From: a virus
Taxonomy: Duplodnaviria > Caudoviricetes
DNA length: 53,545 nucleotides
IMG/VR virus record: IMGVR_UViG_3300037248_000068
Location: 1-53,545 of that record
Reading direction: 5' to 3' (one strand)
Each line of letters begins with the position of its first letter. Positions within the stretch are counted from its first letter, which is position 1. The notes under the pieces were generated by a model. It made no database searches. It was not told the DNA's origin and saw nothing but the letters and a program-made list of their open reading frames with translations. The translations under genes and the position numbers were made by a program. Positions 1-7,908 of the stretch are shown piece by piece.

Positions 1-127
1 AGCTCCCTTGGGAGTGACATTGCATAGCTGCCATGCGGAATAACATTTGACATTCTTAGGGATGTTGATAGGTTGCGGATGTCAACACGAGCTGGAGAGC
101 AAACCAAATGACCTTCGCCCCCTTCTG
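1..127 (+). repeat. Terminal direct repeat, identical to 53419-53545 (circular-assembly overlap)
   Basis: The first 127 nt equal the last 127 nt; 127 is a common assembler k-mer and ORFs run through the junction. Confidence 0.95.
47..107 (+). promoter_or_regulatory. Early promoter/leader cassette 1
   Basis: TTGACA at 47-52, TAGGTT at 69-74, GCTGGAGAGCA at 91-101, ATG at 108. Confidence 0.7.
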
Positions 128-335
128 CCTTTCGATCGAAACCACTTCCGGCAAATCCGAGCAATACGGCTTTCACCTCGGCACGGACGAAAAGCTTGCA
201 CGGCAAATCGCCGAAGAAAAGTTCAACGCGCGTGTACGGCACGGCTTGCCCGTCGTGACCGTTGCCCTCATGCGCCGCAAGATCGTCGACGTTTTCGACG
301 GCAAATGGTTCAACGATTGCCAAGGGGAGGGCTGA
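108..335 (+). CDS. Hypothetical early protein (75 aa)
   Basis: ORF directly behind the promoter/SD cassette. Confidence 0.75.
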   Translation: MTFAPFCLSIETTSGKSEQYGFHLGTDEKLARQIAEEKFNARVRHGLPVVTVALMRRKIVDVFDGKWFNDCQGEG

Positions 336-336
336 C

Positions 337-669
337 ATGCACAAGCAATTCACCAAGGGCGACATCGTCGCGATCGTCGAAACGCGTGTTACGCTGTTCG
401 TGCACGGCATGCGGCCGTCGAAAACGTCGACAACCGTACGCATCGTGCGCGTTGAGAGCGCGAGCCGCGACGGCAATCACGTCGGTAAATACAGCACGTA
501 TCCGGGTTCGCCAACCTATCCGTACAACGGCCGTTACAACCGATCGAAACTACTCGCGATAAAGTGCGCGAACATGCAAAAGAATGCGCGGCGCCTATTC
601 GACGCGGCAACCGGACCACTCGACTACGATAGCGAAAAAAGTGCACAAGGCGCCGTGATTTTCGCTTGA
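337..669 (+). CDS. Hypothetical early protein (110 aa, MHKQFTKGDIV...)
   Basis: GGGGAGG SD, ATG at 337 just after the upstream stop; SH3/KOW-like 'F.KGDIV' start. Confidence 0.7.
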   Translation: MHKQFTKGDIVAIVETRVTLFVHGMRPSKTSTTVRIVRVESASRDGNHVGKYSTYPGSPTYPYNGRYNRSKLLAIKCANMQKNARRLFDAATGPLDYDSEKSAQGAVIFA

Positions 670-697
670 CAGTCACTAAGAAAGGGAGGGCTGAATA

Positions 698-931
698 ATG
701 CTTACCACGGCACAGCGGCGCGTGCTCAAAATAGCGGCCGAAGGTAAAGTGACGCGTACGTATCGAAGCGACGGCAACGTACTTAAAGGGCCGCCGGGAG
801 AAAACTTCGGACGTACGTTGTGGGATTTGGATCGCGCCGGCTTAATTGAAGACGAACGTATGAAAGGCTATCGGACCTGTTTTCGTCAAGTCATCACAGC
901 CGCGGGCCGCGCGGCCCTGGAGCAACCATGA
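698..931 (+). CDS. Small hypothetical protein, possibly winged-helix-like (77 aa)
   Basis: GGGAGG SD; 'LTTAQRRVL...ITAAGRAAL' pattern. Confidence 0.65.
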   Translation: MLTTAQRRVLKIAAEGKVTRTYRSDGNVLKGPPGENFGRTLWDLDRAGLIEDERMKGYRTCFRQVITAAGRAALEQP

Positions 932-1269
932 CCGCCGAACTACGCCACGACAGGTCAGCTTGGGAGCGCGTGACTGAAGGTCCGCGCTTCTTCCTTCAAG
1001 GTCGGTCGTACAAACACTTGATCGAATTCCGCCGCCCGTGCAAAACGTGCGGCGAGTCGTTCTCGATTTTCGTCACTCAAAAGATCGCCGACGAACGTGC
1101 CGATTCAAATTCGTTCGGCCTTGTCAATTGCGAGCTGCACAGGCGCGGCCGTATCCCAAAGCCCGACGTCTATGCGGCCGAACGCGAATTGCGGGCCGAG
1201 GTCGAAAAGCTGCTCGCCGAGAACGAACGGCTGAAAAACAACCAAAGAAAAATGCCTTGGGAGGCTTGA
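928..1269 (+). CDS. Zn-ribbon/coiled-coil protein, paralog of 53034-53435
   Basis: CKTC...CELH, C-terminal coiled coil, ends MPWEA; ATGA coupling. Confidence 0.7.
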   Translation: MTAELRHDRSAWERVTEGPRFFLQGRSYKHLIEFRRPCKTCGESFSIFVTQKIADERADSNSFGLVNCELHRRGRIPKPDVYAAERELRAEVEKLLAENERLKNNQRKMPWEA

Positions 1270-1324
1270 CAATCCCTAAGGAATTCCGTACGTGTGTGTA
1301 CGTTGAACCGCTGGAGAGCACGCC
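1266..1324 (+). promoter_or_regulatory. Early promoter/leader cassette 2
   Basis: TTGACA at 1266-1271, 17-nt spacer, TACGTG; GCTGGAGAGCA at 1310-1320. Confidence 0.7.
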
Positions 1325-1591
1325 ATGGCAAACATTCGACACTTCGCAACGCTGAACGGCGAAACGATTGTTCTTAACAGCACGATTGATAATCGCGGCC
1401 GCGAAGGTCGTTTTGGCTGGCACCCGGAAACTAAGACTTGGATCAAAGTTGAACGCGTTATAGAGTACAAGTCCTTTGCTTCGAAGCACGAATGCGACGC
1501 GCGGTGCCTCAATGCGACGGGCCGTGTCATGAAGTGTGAATGTTCGTGCGGCGGCAAAAACCACGGCAAGGGGGCTTTTAGCTGTGAGTGA
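1325..1591 (+). CDS. Cys-rich small phage protein (88 aa)
   Basis: HECDARC..A.G...CECSCGGKNHG metal-binding motif. Confidence 0.8.
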   Translation: MANIRHFATLNGETIVLNSTIDNRGREGRFGWHPETKTWIKVERVIEYKSFASKHECDARCLNATGRVMKCECSCGGKNHGKGAFSCE

Positions 1592-1760
1592 CGAATCATA
1601 CTGGACCTATCAAGCGGGGTCTAGAACCCCCGCTTTCGCCGAAGTACCGGCCAGCGCTTTTCGCGGCACGGAAGACCAATGGCATAGCTTGTCACCTGGC
1701 ATGCGACGCGAAATCGTCCGTACAGCACAGAAAAAATTTTTGTATCCTTGGCAAAAATAG
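1584..1760 (+). CDS. Hypothetical protein (58 aa)
   Basis: GTG start overlapping the upstream gene end; ends YPWQK. Confidence 0.6.
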   Translation: MSDESYWTYQAGSRTPAFAEVPASAFRGTEDQWHSLSPGMRREIVRTAQKKFLYPWQK

Positions 1761-1763
1761 TTG

Positions 1764-1829
1764 TTGACACTCCCTAGAGAACGCCGTACACATACGGACA
1801 TTGGAACGTTGAACCGCTGGAGAGCACAG
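1764..1829 (+). promoter_or_regulatory. Early promoter/leader cassette 3
   Basis: TTGACA at 1764-1769, 17-nt spacer, TACACA; GCTGGAGAGCA at 1816-1826. Confidence 0.7.
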
Positions 1830-2063
1830 ATGAAACGTCCGCATTCCGAAAACTGCGATACTTCGCACGCTGAATTCATTCTAAGCCGAATGGAAGCCGC
1901 GGCCCGTGCTGGCGACGCCAACAAGGCGTCATGCAATATCGCCGGCAAATGGCTTTCCGTATTTATCCGCGACGACGGCAGTATGGCGTACGGCTGGCAA
2001 GGTGGATACCCGAGCTGGGTAGTGTCGCGCGAAGTTGCACTTAGTGTTTTGGTGTGCCGATGA
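1830..2063 (+). CDS. Hypothetical early protein (77 aa)
   Basis: ATG directly after the conserved leader. Confidence 0.7.
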   Translation: MKRPHSENCDTSHAEFILSRMEAAARAGDANKASCNIAGKWLSVFIRDDGSMAYGWQGGYPSWVVSREVALSVLVCR

Positions 2064-2200
2064 TTCCCGCAAACGACAACCGCAACTATTCGAACCTTCC
2101 GACGTACCATGCCGTACGGATGGAAGCCACGCATATCGCCGCAGAGGCGCGTCACGCCGAATGGCTGGCGCAAATCGCAAAACTCAGGGGGCAGAAATGA
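2060..2200 (+). CDS. Small protein with N-terminal PANDN motif (46 aa)
   Basis: ATGA coupling at both ends; MIPANDNRNY...KLRGQK (below the ORF-track length cutoff). Confidence 0.6.
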   Translation: MIPANDNRNYSNLPTYHAVRMEATHIAAEARHAEWLAQIAKLRGQK

Positions 2201-2472
2201 CGGAGAACTACGCAGGCGCCCGAACACTCGCCACTGTTGAGCACTGTGGCTTAACATTCCGTATTGTGCGGCGTCGTTTTAAAGGAAAATTGTGGCGTAA
2301 GTATTTGACGCTTCTGTACGAAGATTTGCCAATCAGTGACGGTACATTTCCGCCGACAACGGACCCGCAAGAATGCGTTAAGTTCTATCGCGACATCCTG
2401 AGACGCGTGTGTCCAACCCGTGCCAGGACTGACGAGCAACTGGCAATTCTCAAAGCAAGGGGGCAGAAATGA
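2197..2472 (+). CDS. Hypothetical protein (91 aa)
   Basis: AGGGGG SD, ATGA coupling. Confidence 0.65.
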   Translation: MTENYAGARTLATVEHCGLTFRIVRRRFKGKLWRKYLTLLYEDLPISDGTFPPTTDPQECVKFYRDILRRVCPTRARTDEQLAILKARGQK

Positions 2473-2771
2473 CGAATCCGATTTGCGCCGCGATGGGATG
2501 GCCCGTTCCTGGCCCGGACGAACAGCTTCACATCAGTCTCAACGGCAAGTTGGTTGCTCGCCTTACGGCCGCGCGGGGCGGCTATGCCGAAGGCCTCTAT
2601 CTCAGCAATCCCGCGGGCGCCAATTACGGATCATGTTTCTCGGCCGGTCCAGGGCCGCGGGAGCCTGATGTGATCCGCTACTTGGCAGACAAGCTCCGCA
2701 TCAGGCCGGCGACATTGTCTCAACTCACCGTCAACATAATTGCACCGGAAAAACTCAGGAGGCAGAAATGA
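2469..2771 (+). CDS. Hypothetical protein (100 aa)
   Basis: Same GGCAGAAATGA coupling junction. Confidence 0.7.
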   Translation: MTNPICAAMGWPVPGPDEQLHISLNGKLVARLTAARGGYAEGLYLSNPAGANYGSCFSAGPGPREPDVIRYLADKLRIRPATLSQLTVNIIAPEKLRRQK

Positions 2772-2923
2772 ATCACCAAACAGAAGTGGTTCGCTTGACA
2801 GTACTGCAACAAATAGAAGAGATGGCACGCGACGCTAACGTACATTCAATCCTAGACGCTAAGCAACTGTTGAGGCAGATAGCGCGCAAGGCGCGAAACG
2901 CAATCAAAGGCAAGATCATTTGA
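2768..2923 (+). CDS. Hypothetical helical protein (51 aa)
   Basis: AGGAGG SD, ATGA coupling; MNHQTEVVRL...KGKII. Confidence 0.6.
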   Translation: MNHQTEVVRLTVLQQIEEMARDANVHSILDAKQLLRQIARKARNAIKGKII

Positions 2924-2979
2924 CAACCCCCGCACCGCAGGTCTAAAAGCGAATCGTCCACGAACGGAGGGGGCGACTC

Positions 2980-3177
2980 ATGAAGCAATTCCTGCAGTTC
3001 TTCGCGTACGATCACTTGCCGCCGCATTTGCAAGATGTCTCAAAGCCGTTCTGTCAAATGGCGCTCCAGCTTGTTGCGACACTGCCAGCCAACCCGGAAA
3101 GCACGGTCGCCATGCGCAAATTGCTGGAGGCGAAAGATTGCGCCGTGCGCGCGACGCTCTACAAATCCGAAAGCTGA
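2980..3177 (+). CDS. Conserved small phage helical-hairpin protein, possibly Acb2/Tad1-like anti-defence
   Basis: FAYDHLPPHLQDVSKPF...ESTVAMRKLLEAKDCAVRA; own TTGACA at 2920 and GGAGG SD. Confidence 0.6.
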   Translation: MKQFLQFFAYDHLPPHLQDVSKPFCQMALQLVATLPANPESTVAMRKLLEAKDCAVRATLYKSES

Positions 3178-3185
3178 AAACAGAA

Positions 3186-3220
3186 GGTCCCTGGCACGGG
3201 GCTGAATCGTGCCAGGGACC
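3186..3220. terminator. 13-bp GC-rich hairpin; possible terminator (U-tract on the - strand) or RNA processing element
   Basis: GGTCCCTGGCACG-9 nt-CGTGCCAGGGACC flanked by A-runs. Confidence 0.5.
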
Positions 3221-3319
3221 AAAAACCATCCGCGGGTGAAGGCGCGAATGCACCCCCCACATAGACCGACCGACTTCAAAACGCAAGCCCCGTTGCGAAA
3301 AAGCAAGACAGGCTTGCCA

Positions 3320-5380
3320 ATGCCATTTCCTAAATCGATTCAGGAATTTTGGGACGAAGCTGTACGTCGCGGCTTCTTTCCGCTCGCGATAGCGCGGGGA
3401 AGTAAAGCCCCGATCGGGGAAGGTTGGTCGACCTGGACACATCCAATTCCGCACCCGGGAGCCGGCTCTGTAGGGCTGCGTTGTGGTGACGGAGGCCTGT
3501 CCGGCTTTGATGTTGACTGTTCCCAGCCTGAAATTTCCGCTCGATTACTCGCGGCATTTCGTAACGTTCTCGGCACGACAATCCCCGTGCGGTGGGGGCG
3601 AAAGCCCCGTTTCCTGATACCGTACTTTTTAACTGACGCTCCCGTACAGGGCCGTACGTTTACTTTTGCCACAAGCGGCGAAAAATTGCAGCTCATGGGC
3701 GGACAGTTCATTGCCTTCGGGCCGCACAAGGACACCGGCCAGCCTTACGAATGGGAGAACTGGGAGAGCGAGTGGCCGCGAATCACCACGGCACAACTGC
3801 AATATATCCTGGCCGAAGTCCCGATGCGCGCGGGCACGAGCCTTCGCTTTTCCGCCGAGCACGAAACGTGCACCGCGGAGGAAATCGCGGACGCCACGCC
3901 GCGCACGCAAGACGAATGGCAAGCAGGCCGCGACGCCGCACAGCGCTACTTAGGCATGCTTAAGCAAGAGTTGCTAGGACGCACGGAGGGCCGCGGGTCG
4001 ACGATTTTTGCACTTGTCGGCGTGCTGAAATTTGCCGCCATGCACAGCATGTGTACGCGCGAGGAAATCGAGGACGCCATCATAGGCGCCGGCCACAGCC
4101 TCACGGAGGGCATCGGCGGCCGGACGCTCGGTGAGGAAGTCAACCGCCATGACGAACTGCCGGTGTTGCGCGGCAACCTTATCATGCTGGCCGTGCTCAA
4201 TCGACGCATATTAAAGCATGCTTTATTTGACGCGATGCAAGCGCCGACGCTGATCGCGCGTACGGGCTTCGAAGTATCATTAGACGACAAAAGCGATGAA
4301 CTGCCATGGTTGCTGCACCAACGCGTACTTTGCGGCGAAGTCCATTTGTTCACCGGCCACTCAGGCGCTGGCAAGTCTACCGTTGTCACGGACCTTGCAA
4401 TAAGCATGCTTTGCGGGCGCGCGTGGCTTGACGCCGACATTGAACGTGCGGACGGTCACGTGTTATGGATTGCCGCAGAAGACGCGTACGGAACAGAACG
4501 CAGGGTGCGTCACATGCTACGGCAGGAACCGAATGGCGCAGCGCTCGCCGCACGCTTTCACGTCGTTCCCGGCGTGTCGGAACCGATGGCGTTTGAGCAG
4601 CAATACGTTGCCCAAGTGCAAGCAATGGCCGCAATGAAGATGCGCGTTGACCTGGGCGTAGTCGATACGTGGGGCGCTTCCGGATTATGCTTTGCCGACA
4701 ACGATACGGAAGCCGTCCTAAAGGCGATGTTCATCCTAAAACTGGCGGCAAAGCGTACAGAGACTGCCCTGATAGTTACCGATCACTTGCCGATGGGCAA
4801 CAGCGACGCGTGGCAGAAGGGCAACGGCGCCAAAACCGGAAACAGCGGTTTTGTATACCGAATCACCGCCGGGCGGCAGGATCTCATATCGATCGACTGC
4901 GGTAAAGCGCGCGGGTGTCCCAAACCGAAAAGTTACATCGGCCGAATCGCGTCCGAAAACTACGGGGTCGACAGCAAGGGGCGCCCGACCACCGTCAATA
5001 TATTTCGGCGCGACGATACGCCGTCAACGCAAGAGCGCGAGATATCGGCCGCGCTAAAGCTGGCCGGAATGCTGCCGGGCGTCGTCGCGACGGGCATGGA
5101 CGCGCTTCGGGCCGGCAGCATTGTCAAGTTTGAAAGCGTAGCAGAACTCGGCGACAAGCTGGCTGATGACGAAGCGCCCGGATTCGTCGTCAACAAGGAC
5201 GCCGCACTAAAAATGTTTGCGAAAGAGGGCCTGGAGGGCTTGATGAACAGCGGCTATCTCCGTACAATGCGGGGCGCGCCGTTTTTCGCCATCTATTCGC
5301 CGATGAATGGCGTAAAGCATGCTTTAACAATGCCGTGGCCGATCGAAGTGCCGACACAGCCGGGAGGCTTCCCGTGGTGA
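3320..5380 (+). CDS. Primase-polymerase / RepA-like (AAA_25) helicase fusion
   Basis: N-terminal prim-pol motifs (GSKAP..GW, VGLRCG, FDVD, GPH..TG.PY.W); Walker A GHSGAGKS, Walker B VVDT; start uncertain (3209-3320). Confidence 0.85.
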   Translation: MPFPKSIQEFWDEAVRRGFFPLAIARGSKAPIGEGWSTWTHPIPHPGAGSVGLRCGDGGLSGFDVDCSQPEISARLLAAFRNVLGTTIPVRWGRKPRFLIPYFLTDAPVQGRTFTFATSGEKLQLMGGQFIAFGPHKDTGQPYEWENWESEWPRITTAQLQYILAEVPMRAGTSLRFSAEHETCTAEEIADATPRTQDEWQAGRDAAQRYLGMLKQELLGRTEGRGSTIFALVGVLKFAAMHSMCTREEIEDAIIGAGHSLTEGIGGRTLGEEVNRHDELPVLRGNLIMLAVLNRRILKHALFDAMQAPTLIARTGFEVSLDDKSDELPWLLHQRVLCGEVHLFTGHSGAGKSTVVTDLAISMLCGRAWLDADIERADGHVLWIAAEDAYGTERRVRHMLRQEPNGAALAARFHVVPGVSEPMAFEQQYVAQVQAMAAMKMRVDLGVVDTWGASGLCFADNDTEAVLKAMFILKLAAKRTETALIVTDHLPMGNSDAWQKGNGAKTGNSGFVYRITAGRQDLISIDCGKARGCPKPKSYIGRIASENYGVDSKGRPTTVNIFRRDDTPSTQEREISAALKLAGMLPGVVATGMDALRAGSIVKFESVAELGDKLADDEAPGFVVNKDAALKMFAKEGLEGLMNSGYLRTMRGAPFFAIYSPMNGVKHALTMPWPIEVPTQPGGFPW

Positions 5381-5535
5381 GAGCTTACCACAATGAAAAC
5401 AATCCGTACGCCGCTCAATGGCTCCGCAACCTCATCGCCGCCGGGCATCTACCCGCAGGCGCCCTCGGAAACGCTATCGTCCCGCAAGTCGCGGCGGAAT
5501 TTATCAAAGCGTACGGTGATGCCGTGGGAGACATG
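5377..5535 (+). pseudogene. Internally deleted C5-cytosine DNA methyltransferase
   Basis: N-terminal 'AYHNENNPYAAQWLRNLIAAGHLPAG' fused directly to motif-X 'ALGNAIVPQVAAEFIKAY'; the catalytic PC motif and target-recognition domain are absent. Confidence 0.75.
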
Positions 5536-5543
5536 ATTTGCGC

Positions 5544-5795
5544 ATGTGGGAAAACAGCGATGGACGGCGTACGGTGCAGACTGGGGACGACGCACAAAGC
5601 GCCTATGCCGTGGGGGACGCAGTTATCTACCACAGAGACGCCAACGTTATCGGCACAGTCGTCCACGTCTCAACCGTCATCAGTCCCCTTATTTCCGTGG
5701 TTTGGGACGGCAACGACGGAGAGCCGATAATATATCCCATGAATACAACGCTACTGCGGAGGGCATGGCCGTGGGAAATCGAGGAAGGATCATAG
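5544..5795 (+). CDS. Hypothetical SH3/KOW-like small protein
   Basis: GGGAG SD; 'YAVGDAVIY...GTVVHV'; ends WPWEIEEGS; start 5538 or 5544. Confidence 0.55.
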   Translation: MWENSDGRRTVQTGDDAQSAYAVGDAVIYHRDANVIGTVVHVSTVISPLISVVWDGNDGEPIIYPMNTTLLRRAWPWEIEEGS

Positions 5796-5796
5796 C

Positions 5797-5970
5797 ATGG
5801 GAGCCGCAAAAACGCTTTCCGAAGTGATTGCCGACGAAGCCGCACATCGGAAAGAAGCTCCGCGCAATCCGAAAACGCCGCCTGCAGAGCAGTTCAACAA
5901 CTTCTGCACAGAACCGCCGTGCGCTTCTGCCGCGTGCCGGAAGGCACGAAGGTGCCTGCACCATGACTGA
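5797..5970 (+). CDS. Hypothetical protein (57 aa, Cys-rich C-terminus)
   Basis: AAGGA SD, fills the gap between neighbours; C.EPPC....C....RC. Confidence 0.5.
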   Translation: MGAAKTLSEVIADEAAHRKEAPRNPKTPPAEQFNNFCTEPPCASAACRKARRCLHHD

Positions 5971-6304
5971 GGGAAAGCATGCTTTAATGCCGTGGGAGGC
6001 GCCGGCAGACGAACCGCCCGAACGGTCGCTAGAAGAAACCGTGAAAGCGCTGCAAGCGGACATGGCGTTTGCCGTACGTCACACGGCTGTCCTTGTGCGC
6101 AGTGATAACGCGCTGCTGCGAATGGTCGTCAACACGGAGCGCGGGCAGCTCATGCCGCCGGGCGCAGTCACGTTCACAGACGGAAGCACCGTTGAGTTTC
6201 AAGACATCGGCATGTGTCAACTCGGCGTCCCTACCATGACGGTGCACGAGCTGGCGAAAGCCGTGTTCAGCAAGGCGACAGAACTGGGGTTGGAAATTGC
6301 ATGA
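5963..6304 (+). CDS. Hypothetical protein (start 5963 or 5987, MPWE...)
   Basis: ORF coupled to neighbours. Confidence 0.6.
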   Translation: MTEGKHALMPWEAPADEPPERSLEETVKALQADMAFAVRHTAVLVRSDNALLRMVVNTERGQLMPPGAVTFTDGSTVEFQDIGMCQLGVPTMTVHELAKAVFSKATELGLEIA

Positions 6305-6501
6305 GTAACCAGGGGCCTTGGGAATACCGCAGAGTCGAAATAGTTGTCGTGTACTACGCATGGGACGACATGCAAGGAGTCTATTTTTCTACGGAGGACC
6401 TTACGGAGTTGCTGAGACGCAGGCGTAGAGCGAGAACCCCTTTCGGTCCTCGAGAGCCCGTGGGGGCGTACTCGGTCGGACGCGTGAAGCCCGCAACATG
6501 A
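6301..6501 (+). CDS. Hypothetical protein (66 aa)
   Basis: ATGA coupling at both ends. Confidence 0.55.
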   Translation: MSNQGPWEYRRVEIVVVYYAWDDMQGVYFSTEDLTELLRRRRRARTPFGPREPVGAYSVGRVKPAT

Positions 6502-7058
6502 CCGTCGTCGCTTCAAACTTCACCCGGTCGCCGAACGACCTGTACGAAACGGAGCCGTGGGCCGTACGTGCGTTGCTGCGCCGCCTCCCACCCGTACGCG
6601 GCCGTAAGATATGGGAGCCGGCCGCCGGCAATCACAAGATCGCGGACGTGCTGAGATGGGAGAGCGCGGACGTACTCACCTCGGATATTGTTGTGTATCG
6701 TACAAAACACGATTTCATGTTCGATTTTCTTGCAACTCCGACCGGCGGAAGCGGGGCGACCGATCGCGACATCATCACAAACCCGCCATACGGGCCGCAT
6801 AACCGCGACGCCGTAAAGTTTGCACGTTTGGCATTGCAGCGGAGCGCCGGATGGGTTGCACTCTTGCTGACTGCCAAGTTTGATTTCGGCAAAACCCGCC
6901 GCGATCTATTCGCCGATAACCCGCGTTTCGCCTTCAAAGTTGCGTTACTCGATCGCATACAGTGGTTCTCGGGTGACACCGGCACCGAAGATCACGCTTG
7001 GTATGTATGGGGGCCACTGTGGCAGCCCGCGCCACGGCTGTTTTGGGAGGGCAAATAA
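6498..7058 (+). CDS. DNA amino-methyltransferase (probably N6-adenine)
   Basis: D.YETEPW, SAM-binding WEPAAG.H, catalytic ITNPPY. Confidence 0.85.
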   Translation: MTVVASNFTRSPNDLYETEPWAVRALLRRLPPVRGRKIWEPAAGNHKIADVLRWESADVLTSDIVVYRTKHDFMFDFLATPTGGSGATDRDIITNPPYGPHNRDAVKFARLALQRSAGWVALLLTAKFDFGKTRRDLFADNPRFAFKVALLDRIQWFSGDTGTEDHAWYVWGPLWQPAPRLFWEGK

Positions 7059-7059
7059 A

Positions 7060-7368
7060 ATGCGCTACTGGCCTTTTAGCTTGCTGTGCACGTCGCCATT
7101 AATGCCGGGTGACTGCGTTGCAGAGTTGACCGCGCTGCACAAGACGCGGCGGCTATCAGGACGCGCATTTGAAGCATGTGGTTTCGTCGCGGGACGTACA
7201 GAACCCGTCATAGCGGACGGGCTTGTAGTTCTCGAAGACGAAAACCACACGACGCTGCAATTCGCGTATATGCAGATGCCTACCTCGGAACAGTGGAGGC
7301 GTTTGGAACGCGCTAACATCATAGAAGCGCCCCACTGTCACATATTTATTATTAGTACGCTGCACTGA
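7060..7368 (+). CDS. Hypothetical protein (102 aa)
   Basis: GGGAGG SD, ATG 1 nt after the MTase stop. Confidence 0.6.
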   Translation: MRYWPFSLLCTSPLMPGDCVAELTALHKTRRLSGRAFEACGFVAGRTEPVIADGLVVLEDENHTTLQFAYMQMPTSEQWRRLERANIIEAPHCHIFIISTLH

Positions 7369-7372
7369 GGGC

Positions 7373-7401
7373 TTGACATGCGGCGTCCGTACACGTACAG
7401 T
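7373..7401 (+). promoter_or_regulatory. sigma70-type promoter, probably driving a leaderless mRNA
   Basis: TTGACA-N17-TACAGT, ATG at 7409. Confidence 0.55.
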
Positions 7402-7408
7402 GCGCGGC

Positions 7409-7750
7409 ATGAACACAATCGGGATTAATCCTTTCGCTTCGATAGTCGAGATAGCGCGGCAACTAAGGACGCCAATCATGAGCATCAAAACCACGGACAG
7501 TGAATTAGTGCGCGCCATATCGCGCGAATGGTTGGCGATCTTCATGAAAGCGTTCGGCCACTCAATACGCAATGAACGCGCCAGCGCACGGATCGCCACT
7601 GCGGCATTTGTTGATGGGCTTGCAGGTGTTACGGCGCTCGCCATAGCTGGGCGTCACGGCAGCAAAGACGAAATAGTCGAAGCCACGATCACATCGCTTC
7701 GCGAATCGATCGACCGTGATTTGCAGCATTTGTTCGGTGGTTTGACATGA
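7409..7750 (+). CDS. Hypothetical helical protein (alternative start 7478)
   Basis: ORF behind the promoter; AAGGA SD before 7478. Confidence 0.65.
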   Translation: MNTIGINPFASIVEIARQLRTPIMSIKTTDSELVRAISREWLAIFMKAFGHSIRNERASARIATAAFVDGLAGVTALAIAGRHGSKDEIVEATITSLRESIDRDLQHLFGGLT

Positions 7751-7908
7751 TTCGTGAAATTACAGACGATGAATTGAAAAAGTGGTGGTTCGTGTACGGA
7801 CCGCAGCCGGAGGAAGACCCCATAATCCGTTCGATACACGACTGGGATTTTCTACGCTTGGTTGCTACCTTAGCAACAATGCGCGGTGTAAAGTTGAAGG
7901 TTGCTTAG
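7747..7908 (+). CDS. Hypothetical protein (53 aa)
   Basis: ATGA coupling, abuts the helicase start. Confidence 0.55.
   Translation: MIREITDDELKKWWFVYGPQPEEDPIIRSIHDWDFLRLVATLATMRGVKLKVA

Noticed and set aside
1-127. Biological direct terminal repeat
   Set aside because: The length equals a standard assembler k-mer and it cuts through ORFs, so it is better explained as a circular overlap
5533-5730. ORF MICACGK... containing MPW and FPW
   Set aside because: Fully overlaps the more protein-like 5544-5795 ORF and is S/T-biased like a shadow frame; not counted as a gene or in the PW tally
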